This document shows, piece by piece, positions 50,401 to 56,124 of a stretch of DNA of 56,124 nucleotides; position 1 is the first letter of the stretch, and every line of letters begins with the position of its first letter. The stretch lies in the NCBI RefSeq assembly GCF_001194135.2, contig NC_068999.1:26332254-26388377 (forward strand), read 5' to 3'. Position numbers and translations under genes: made by a program. Below the pieces are notes generated by a model, which saw only the letters and a list, made by a program, of their open reading frames with translations, was not told where the DNA came from and did not search any database. This stretch comes from Octopus bimaculoides. Its lineage: Eukaryota.

Positions 50401-53400
50401 CTAGAGAAAGTAAGATGTATGGGAAGATGAGTAAAAATAAAAGATAAAATAAGTACAGTATTTTATTTACATTTACTTTTGGTTATGAAAATTGAAAAAA
50501 AAAATATATAAAAAAAGATTTTTGAGAAGATGCTAAAAAAGAGTAAAATAAATGTGTAATTCCCCTTTACTTTTGATGATAAAGTTGGAAAAAAAAGCAA
50601 TAAAAAAAAAAATATTAAAAAATATGGGAAGACGAGTTGTTTCGTTTTTGCTGAAAATGGTATCTTCAAAACAAAATTTCAAGTAAAACATTGGAAATAG
50701 ATGAAAACAAAAGTTATTTCCATAATCAGCATTAAAAATACTATAAAAAAAGCAATAAAAAAATTTTCTGAAAATGAAACATTTTCTCAAAAAAAAAGGC
50801 ACCAGGGAAGGGGTTAAAAACCAGTCAAGGAACATCACTGCTTGCTATCCTTTATATCAGAATGTTCTGTGAAGCACAACAGCAATTTTACATTTAAAAT
50901 TACAAGGCTCCATCTCACACAAGGTGCAAATGCAAGTCATGGATAAAATTTAATAAAAATAAAACTTTTTTTGTCAGTGAAATATTGAAATTGACCATTG
51001 TGAGTTTTGAGAATATATAAATTGAGGATTTGTACAAAAAGAACATAAAGTTCTTTTAATATTCTCAATAGCATTTCAATACTGTTGAAGCATCGATGAA
51101 ATCACAATTCTCAAGTAAGAAAAAAATAATCAGCTGCCTGAATATTTCGGGCCCTAATTGGTTACCATCTCATACTTCAACAGCCATCTTTCTATCACTT
51201 TGTGGTACATGTTCTAACACTTTTTGAGTTTGAATCTTACAAAGGTTAACTTTGCTTTCCATCTGCACATGGTCAATAAAATAAAGTAGCAGTCAAGTAT
51301 TGAGGCTGATTGATATCTACAAATCCTCTCTTCTGAAAATTACTTTTCTTGTACCACTCCTCTTAAAATTATTGGCCTTGTGCCTAAATCAGAAACCATT
51401 ATTATTGTTGTTGTTATTATTTTCTATTTGTCCGAATCACGTTTTAATTGTTTTCATTTTGTTTCTATTGCCTAAACTTGGTGTTTTTATTTATTTGTTT
51501 CTTTTTCCATTTCAAACATGCATTAATTGCTATTTCTCACCTTCACTCATCTCATGAACTACAAGTCAGTTTGAATCGATTCAAAACAGACTTGAGGATG
51601 CCACAATTCCTCTTGAAATGTTATTGTGATATGTTTTGGGTAACCAAAAAGCCTGCTTGGCTTGATGACTTCACCCCTGATTTTTTTTTACTCATTTTTT
51701 TCATCACTGCCTCATTCTGGGGATAGCTTTGTTCACAGTGTCTCCAATTCCTCTTCATTAATAGTTTTATAGACAAAAACAGGGTTACTGATCCCACAGA
51801 TCTCTCATTCTCTAACCCAGTGTTTCCCAACTTAGAGCCATGACAAAGATCAGTGGGTTACAGAAAAATTTAGGAATTGGAGAGAGGAGCACAGGCTCAG
51901 TGAAGGTGACGACATTACCACAGTTTCTTCCTAAAATCTTCTATTACTGTCACTAACTGCTTACAATTTACACACAAAAACATACAATGCATTTTAAGTA
52001 TTAAAAAAAAAAGATTCATTTGATAGTTCATCATTAATGAATAAACTATCAAGTTGGCAGTGGAAAGTCTTGTATGAATTAAATATTGATGCTGCATTGA
52101 AGTTCATACATCTGGTGATGATCTCTAAGGGTAATTGCATATGTTGATTTGTTGAACTTTGGGATAGAGTTTTAATGTTTCTGAATGTGGCATATTTTAT
52201 CAGTAAGATATATTCAAGAAGCTAAATTTGCTGAACAAGCAACAAGATAAAAATACAAATCTTTTAATTTGCAAGGAGCTGAATCTACTAAAAACTGAGA
52301 TGTGTCCTCTTACAGGAGTACAAACTCAAACTTTTTGGCCATGTTGCACAATTTTCCAAGCTAGACCCTGCTTACCATGCTCTCTTCACTGAGTACTTGG
52401 CTGGGTTAACAGCTCATGTTGGTCGACCATGTCATATGGTCATGGCAGAAGAGGAGATATCTTGCAGAGAAAGGGGACAGACTAGGACTGCTCAATGGGT
52501 CGCCCATGTGGACCTGGGAATATACTGACAAATGATGAATGCAACAATGGCGCATGCCCCCCACATCTGACCTGACCTACAAATATGTTCTATTGGGTAT
52601 AAGGAATTGCTGCATATTCCAACCCTTGCTGCTATTGAAGAGCTGCACAAGGATAATCTTTTCGTGTGCATTAAGCACTTGAAGAAATTACACAATTATG
52701 TGGAAATTAAGTTCAAAGAATTCCTGGAAATGAATGTTCCAAGTTGGGTGGTAAACACATTTGGGATAAATCCAGTTGATATTGATATCAGACTATAAGA
52801 GAACCTTAATGAGTTGCAAAGTAATCAAACTGCTCAAACTGAATTTAATCATGAGCTCAGTAACTTATGAACAAATAGTGAAATTGCTATGAAATTCCTA
52901 TTGTTTTGGCAAGAAGTAAAATTATATTTCATTGCCTTTCCTACTTCATACCTAGCTGAGCCAGGTTTTAGCCAAGTGTCTTTCCTACTATCAAAAGCTC
53001 ACTTTCACTAAGAAATTGTAAGCAGAGGTGGTCTCTTTGTCTCTAACTATGGACTCTGTACATCAGAAAAATAATGTATAATCATTTAATATTTCTTTTC
53101 CACTTATCTACTTCTATGCAAAGTAATATTTCACCAAGGCAAACATGTTTTTGCAGAATAATGGAAATGAATGATATTCATTTACAGCAGACTTGCGATA
53201 TCAAAACAGACATGTACACACACACACAAACACAGAGTGGAGGGGGTCCTTTCAGTTTCCATCAACCAAATTCACACACGAGGCTTTGGTTGACCTGGAG
53301 CTATTATAGAAGAAACTTGCTCAAGGTGTCATGCAGTGAGACTGAAACCGAAACCACGAAAACGTCTTAACCACATCTGCGCCTGTAATTATATGAAATA

Positions 53401-55005
53401 GCCGTTTTATTGAACCCACAAAATATTCTTGTTTCTATGAAATAAAATGGAGAATAAATGTGCAATTAATAGACAGAGATATTTTTATGGAGTTTACTAT
53501 GTTGATGGTAGAAATGGGTCACCTTTGAAAAGGAAATTTTTTTAATGTTTATTTATTATTATAAATTTTGAATAAAAATTTATATTCATTACAAACGATC
53601 AATATTTTAAAAATTCATAGAAATAAATTTCATGATAGTAAAACTAATTTAAAACAATATATTAAATTTCGTTATTATTTGTTAAGTTTTTGTTTTTTTT
53701 ACGAATTCCGCCGAGGTTGACTTTGCGTTTCATCCCTTTCACAGTCGATGAAGTACCAGCTGAGCAATGGGTCAATGTAATCGACCAACCTCCACCCCAA
53801 AAATTTCAGGCCTTGTGCCTAGAATAGAAAGTATTATTTAATAAATTGTATTTTTATTAAAAGGTTTTAGATTAACCATTATTAAAAAAATTTAAATACT
53901 TTTTTCGCCAATAATGTTTAAAGAGTCCAAAGAAAAATGAAAGGTTCCAGTGGGGTTGGCATGAGCTAAAAATGGTTGGGAACCACTGCACTTGTCAGTC
54001 TCTACCGCCACCTTCTCATCCGGATTTCGCTGACGTCACTGTCCACCCGATCTTATCAACAGATTCGGTATCTTCTGTAAACGTTACTTCACCCGATTAT
54101 GGTCTGTGCTCATACAAGTAGATATTTGAAATAGATAAAATTCCACTCGTTTCACAAAATTTATCACATCAACTCTGTAGATATCACTAAGGTTCAAGCC
54201 GAGAGGTTACCAAACAGGTTTGTATCCAATGCCACTTCAACTGTGACATCCATAAAAAGCTGAACCTAATGCTAGCGACCAGCTCCCTGTTGAAGATTTT
54301 ACCTAGAGGCGCCAATACAAATCGAAACTAATTACCCCTATCTCAAAAGGGCTTAGAGTTGGTTCGACCATGCTCTCTCTCTCTCTAAACTTAAAAAAAA
54401 ACAAAAACGTATACTCATCTAATGACTAGCAAAAATTGTATCTTTTCCCCACTTATCAACTCTTAACGCGTCTGACAATGAAACCTGTTCACACACTACT
54501 ACTCTGAAAGATTGAATTATACGAATTCCCACCAATAATTTCTCAAGTTCAGAGCAAATTAAAAGACGATATTCAAATATTAATAGGTATCCAAATCTTT
54601 AAAAAATTAAATTAAATTCTTTTTCTACTTTTGCTCCATGTAATGCAGAGCCCCTCGATCAGTTGAAAAGAAAACCTCCATACAAGATAACTGAAGGGCA
54701 ACACCAATTTTCCTTTGGTGTGATGTATGTAGTGAGCATGCCTTTATTTTGATTATTTTAAACATTTTCTTAAAGAAGCATATTCAAAAATCGAAAATGA
54801 GCAATATTCATAGTTTAATAATTATACTTACCTTTATTACAGTATCATAATTAATTTCATCATATTTCAAAGTACCGACTTTATCATGGACTGCCTTTGA
54901 TTTAACCATTATTTCTTCAGTGACTTTAGCTATTTTATCGACATTCCATTCCCAGTCAAGTTCCACTCCAGAGAGATTAGTTCCTTTTGAATTATTTCCA
55001 GACAT
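14381..55005 (-). CDS. THOP1: Thimet oligopeptidase / neurolysin-family (M3A) zinc metallopeptidase gene, 17 coding exons, 670 aa from the ATG at 55005
   Basis: Exons joined by hand: 174+140+116+132+38+113+55+165+162+66+105+108+74+232+132+117+84 = 2013 nt, all GT-AG and phase-consistent. Contains [76 protein letters not shown]1 is preferred over NLN from Arg in ERDF and Ala in YDAQ (recalled human sequences). Confidence 0.93.
14596..16771 (-). mobile_element. Tc1-like DNA transposon with ~165-bp TIRs, TA flanks and a decayed transposase (apparently DD37E)
   Basis: TIRs cactgcatccctctttattaggcaa... (14596) and ...ttgcctaataatgtgggacgcagtg (16771), TA at 14594-95 and 16772-73. Minus-strand motifs: [35 protein letters not shown]. 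About 1.58 kb once the nested MITE is removed. Confidence 0.9.
15012..15602. mobile_element. MITE with GG-starting TIRs and a perfect 9-bp TSD (MULE- or Merlin-like), nested in the Tc1-like element
   Basis: TSD gaatttgtc at 15003-15011 and 15603-15611; 27-bp inverted core 15023-15049 / 15567-15593 with one mismatch. Confidence 0.85.
17400..18835 (+). mobile_element. RTE LINE ORF2 remnant (RT and C-terminal region)
   Basis: LAFINLEKA-like RT motif near 17885; C-terminal [16 protein letters not shown] motif near 18645-18700; heavily decayed. Confidence 0.8.
18849..18965 (-). CDS. THOP1: THOP1-like exon 16 ([10 protein letters not shown]...ILAPGGSI)
   Basis: cag acceptor, gtaagt donor, 117 nt. 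Confidence 0.94.
19040..19680 (+). mobile_element. LINE RT remnant (RTE-X/L2-like)
   Basis: ORF 19068-19346: [15 protein letters not shown]...LSINCTKTK corresponds to the RT YADD region and the following LxIN..KT motif. Confidence 0.65.
20137..20268 (-). CDS. THOP1: THOP1-like exon 15 (VDTKKVF...[10 protein letters not shown])
   Basis: cag acceptor, gtaagt donor, 132 nt. Confidence 0.94.
22570..22925 (-). mobile_element. Bipartite SINE pieces (reverse orientation)
   Basis: Reverse complement of the head and second half of the 933-1410 family. Confidence 0.75.
22950..24050 (+). mobile_element. RTE LINE 3' fragment with UTR and (ATG)n tail
   Basis: KGRLYDACV / GRPRK motifs, then the aggaagggcatccagcc UTR and gatgatg tail. 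Confidence 0.8.
24085..24220 (-). mobile_element. SINE head fragment
   Basis: Reverse complement of the family head. Confidence 0.7.
24624..24855 (-). CDS. THOP1: THOP1-like exon 14, third zinc ligand ([19 protein letters not shown]...HTQPQ)
   Basis: cag acceptor, gtcagt donor, 232 nt. Confidence 0.95.
25230..25570 (+). mobile_element. Degenerate bipartite SINE
   Basis: ggttatgtggttaagaag...ggttcattcc head, (GT)n, second half. Confidence 0.6.
25658..25731 (-). CDS. THOP1: THOP1-like exon 13, HExxH zinc motif ([24 protein letters not shown])
   Basis: cag acceptor, gtgagc donor, 74 nt. Confidence 0.95.
26140..26338 (+). mobile_element. RTE 3' UTR-only fragment
   Basis: cataaaaagcacc...gcatccagcc...atgatgatg tail. 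Confidence 0.7.
26669..26776 (-). CDS. THOP1: THOP1-like exon 12 (QGCDNANG...PSLLSHEE)
   Basis: tag acceptor, gtaaaa donor, 108 nt. Confidence 0.92.
27250..27922 (+). mobile_element. RTE LINE 3' fragment with UTR
   Basis: Colinear with 23380-24050 and 34900-35300. Confidence 0.8.
27991..28095 (-). CDS. THOP1: THOP1-like exon 11 (YSVTD...[12 protein letters not shown])
   Basis: cag acceptor, gtaaga donor, 105 nt. Confidence 0.94.
29230..29295 (-). CDS. THOP1: THOP1-like exon 10 (DLLGLTF...VWHPDVTM)
   Basis: cag acceptor, gtgagt donor, 66 nt. Confidence 0.92.
29872..30087. mobile_element. piggyBac-like MITE
   Basis: Right end gaatgctaagggg|TTAA (30088-30091); left end ttta|ccttttggcattt is a degenerate inverse. 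Confidence 0.5.
30850..31870 (+). mobile_element. RTE LINE ORF2 remnant
   Basis: Colinear with 18170-18830 and 34800-35290 ([22 protein letters not shown], GRGxPKKTW). Confidence 0.8.
32509..32670 (-). CDS. THOP1: THOP1-like exon 9 ([10 protein letters not shown]...GLLSIYQ)
   Basis: tag acceptor, gtaagc donor, 162 nt. Confidence 0.93.
32957..34071 (+). mobile_element. Mariner element, decayed, with both TIRs and TA flanks
   Basis: TA|ttaggttgtcccccc-atga versus the reverse complement of the right end TA|tcaggttgtcccacatga; internal [14 protein letters not shown] and YSPDL..DYHLF motifs. Confidence 0.85.
34374..34538 (-). CDS. THOP1: THOP1-like exon 8 ([11 protein letters not shown]...YKKEM)
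   Basis: cag acceptor, gtaaat donor, 165 nt. Confidence 0.93.
34800..35615 (+). mobile_element. RTE LINE 3' fragment (best preserved) with a duplicated UTR segment
   Basis: ORFs 34790-35110 and 35094-35384: [26 protein letters not shown]; direct repeat 35326-35443 / 35497-35613. Confidence 0.85.
35866..35920 (-). CDS. THOP1: THOP1-like exon 7 ([18 protein letters not shown])
   Basis: cag acceptor, gttag donor, 55 nt. Confidence 0.9.
36337..36449 (-). CDS. THOP1: THOP1-like exon 6 ([17 protein letters not shown]...FHS)
   Basis: cag acceptor, gtaaat donor, 113 nt. Confidence 0.93.
36719..36756 (-). CDS. THOP1: THOP1-like exon 5, 38-nt mini-exon ([12 protein letters not shown])
   Basis: cag acceptor, gtaagt donor; supplies the phase 1 to phase 0 link that exons 4 and 6 require. 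Confidence 0.9.
37946..38077 (-). CDS. THOP1: THOP1-like exon 4 (GLHLPKETQ...STEDL)
   Basis: aag acceptor, gtgagt donor, 132 nt. Confidence 0.92.
38841..39295. repeat. Diverged direct repeat of ~160-180 bp (38841-39000 and 39115-39295)
   Basis: Shared ataacccaatttcatttgggtcta...gaggaattttgcccta...aacataggtgtgca...ttttcagctcaatc. Confidence 0.85.
39516..39915 (+). mobile_element. Bipartite tRNA-SINE, well-preserved copy
   Basis: ggcgcaggagtggctgtg head, central (AT)/(GT) tract, second half ending aaaagaataaaagaa. Confidence 0.88.
39923..40659. other. Assembly gap (N run)
   Basis: Continuous Ns; smaller gaps near 1130-1150, 6158-6167, 20785-20794 and 30114-30123. Confidence 1.
40662..41055 (+). 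mobile_element. Second SINE family, two adjacent copies; more at ~42675-42865, ~51235-51350 and ~53700-53830
   Basis: ggcgagctggcagaa head, gagttcaaattccgccgagg B-box region, central gcctttcatc.tttcggggtcgataaattaagtaccag (resembles the MetaSINE central domain as recalled). Confidence 0.8.
41539..41654 (-). CDS. THOP1: THOP1-like exon 3 (MRQDVF...RLIKLGRKN)
   Basis: tag acceptor, gtaagt donor, 116 nt. Confidence 0.92.
41965..42150 (+). mobile_element. Third, degenerate tRNA-SINE-like sequence
   Basis: gatctagtggctagg / ggtttcaattcc boxes and a gacggactggcatcctgtacaagggg tail motif. Confidence 0.5.
45415..45469 (+). promoter_or_regulatory. tRNA-like Pol III internal promoter (A and B boxes) inside the Penelope-like 3' region
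   Basis: A-box TGGCATAGTGG (45415-45425) and B-box GAGTTCGATTCC (45458-45469) at tRNA-like spacing. Confidence 0.7.
45556..45601 (+). ncRNA. Hammerhead-ribozyme-like core (minimal type I, probably degenerate here)
   Basis: ACAC-CTGAAGA-A-[AGCTG...CAGCC stem]-GAAAC-AGT-GTGT: CUGANGA and GAAA cores, stem II and stem I (ACAC/GTGT) present; the NUH cleavage triplet is not canonical in this copy. PLE-associated hammerheads are established. Confidence 0.6.
46340..46900 (-). mobile_element. Decayed DNA-transposon coding remnant, Academ-like (XPG/PIN-like region)
   Basis: RADIVWDWY...LKD, then [18 protein letters not shown] across frames, resembling a DVVFDxY..SxK / PxNWxxFL..NK pattern I recall from Academ proteins. 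Confidence 0.4.
47970..48109 (-). CDS. THOP1: THOP1-like exon 2 (PLAMDAAE...[10 protein letters not shown])
   Basis: tag acceptor, gtaagt donor, 140 nt. Confidence 0.92.
49630..50100 (-). mobile_element. Second maT/DD37D-like transposase remnant
   Basis: ORF 49638-49841 ...VWDLVEKD...KAKL..KI...[20 protein letters not shown] parallels the C-terminus of the 4090-5100 element. Confidence 0.65.
50200..50813 (+). mobile_element. piggyBac 3' remnant: C-terminal cysteine-rich domain and right end
   Basis: [19 protein letters not shown]...[22 protein letters not shown] (stop 50384-50386); terminus gggaagggg|TTAA at 50814-50817. Confidence 0.8.
51818..53988 (+). mobile_element. hAT (Charlie/Buster-like) element remnant with nested LINE and SINE fragments
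   Basis: TIR-like cagtgtttcccaac (51818) and gttgggaaccactg (53975-53988), one mismatch; decayed HT...SKG and [14 protein letters not shown] motifs; the flanking 8-mers do not match, so the two ends may not be a pair. Confidence 0.7.
52315..52590 (+). mobile_element. LINE 3' fragment inserted in the hAT remnant
   Basis: LKLFGHVA...GRP C-terminal non-LTR ORF2 motifs. Confidence 0.55.
54832..55005 (-). CDS. THOP1: THOP1-like exon 1 (MSGNNS...YDTVIK)
   Basis: 58 codons, donor AAG|gtaagt; the frame stays open upstream to a TGA at 55492-55494. Confidence 0.85.
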
Positions 55006-55944
55006 ATTGCGACAATAATTGAAATTAGCTGTAAATCTCGGAGCACAACAGACTGATAAGCACAGCTGCCGATGAAAATCTAACGGAATAAATTTTCCTA
55101 AATATAAAAATGTTTCAAAAGATCGACCGGCGACGGACAAATTAACTGAGATAAACGTTCGTTTTTGACTTGCTGAAACAGCTGTTTGGAGGAGTTTTGA
55201 AAAGTTAAAATGGTTTTTAACTCCAACAAAGATGTGATTATGTATCAAAAGAGGACTTGCACTTGTGTGAAACAGGTGTCGAGCGTAGCTACAGATTAAA
55301 GGCAGCTTTCTCACTAAACACGAAGAGTACACTAGACACATGGACATGTATCTGACGCATGCGTAATGTTCCAACGGTGCAATGATGAAAGTAAACTGTT
55401 CAAAACTCCAGGACAAGATGAACATTTGCAATAAAATTATTTCCAAAACACAAACCAAGTATTTTAATAATAACTTCACTTTAACTGTAGGTCACCCATT
55501 TGTAGGAGATGAGTGCCGATTAACAGAGTAAAGGACATGATAATGACTGGTTATTAACTAGACATATCACCGATCCAAATAGGAATGAATGATGGAGTCT
55601 GTTACTGGGAGTTTAACTACGATTCTTAAAATGTTGAAACAAAACATTGTTAAGCATTTAGTCTGTTGTTATACCGTTGTCAATAAATAATCATTATATT
55701 ATTAACAAGGATGAACGACAAAATGGGTAGAATCACAAACAAAATGCCGGTTAACACAAATTCGAGTTTTTCCCTCATAACTTTTAGGAAAATTGGGTTT
55801 TTTCAATGAAATTTTATATAAATACCTTTCAAACGGCATACAATTATAAAGTAATTTGTGGGGAAAATCTTTTCTAAAGGGTGGGGAGAGGACTTCGGAA
55901 AATTCACCAGATCCAAGTTTTTCCCTCAGCTGTATGTGTGTGTG

Positions 55945-55977
<33 letters not shown>

Positions 55978-55989
55978 ATATATGTGGAT

Positions 55990-56124
55990 GTATATATACC
56001 CTTTACTCTTTTTCTCTTTTACTTGTTTCAGTCTTTTGACTGTGGCCATGCTGGAGCACCGCCTTTTAGTCGAGCAAATCGACCCCAGGACTTATTCTTT
56101 GGATGCCTAGTACTTATTCTATCG
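55990..56124 (-). mobile_element. Bipartite SINE second half (truncated by the window edge)
   Basis: Reverse complement of 1290-1410. Confidence 0.8.

Noticed and set aside
1-56124. CRISPR arrays, rRNA genes, operons or other prokaryotic systems
   Set aside because: None seen; the window is spliceosomal-intron-containing eukaryotic DNA and its repeats are microsatellites and transposons.

Overview
AT-rich, microsatellite- and transposon-rich animal genomic DNA. The SINE families and RTE tails suggest an octopus or other coleoid cephalopod; this is recognition from memory, not a search. The main feature is a complete 17-exon, minus-strand M3A metallopeptidase gene (thimet oligopeptidase THOP1/neurolysin family). 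I assembled it by hand from 55005 to 14381: 2013 nt, 670 aa, all GT-AG introns with consistent phases, HEFGH zinc motif. A stop-free, basic, acid-poor in-frame extension of 114-140 aa precedes its first exon and resembles a mitochondrial presequence. The probable first coding exon of a second minus-strand gene lies at 9997-10086. Introns and intergenic DNA hold decayed mobile elements: mariner, DD37D maT-like, a DD37E Tc1-like element with a nested 9-bp-TSD MITE, hAT, piggyBac, Academ-like, Helitron/Helentron pieces, RTE LINE fragments and tRNA-SINEs. The most unusual object is a near-complete Penelope-like element (43240-45647). Its single RT/GIY-YIG frame is broken only by three TGA codons at likely Arg positions. 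Its 3' end joins a tRNA-like A/B-box module, an (AAT)n tract and a hammerhead-like core, with an inverted tail copy at the 5' end and a 12-bp target duplication. Most short ORFs in the supplied track are microsatellite, SINE, antisense or N-gap artefacts.
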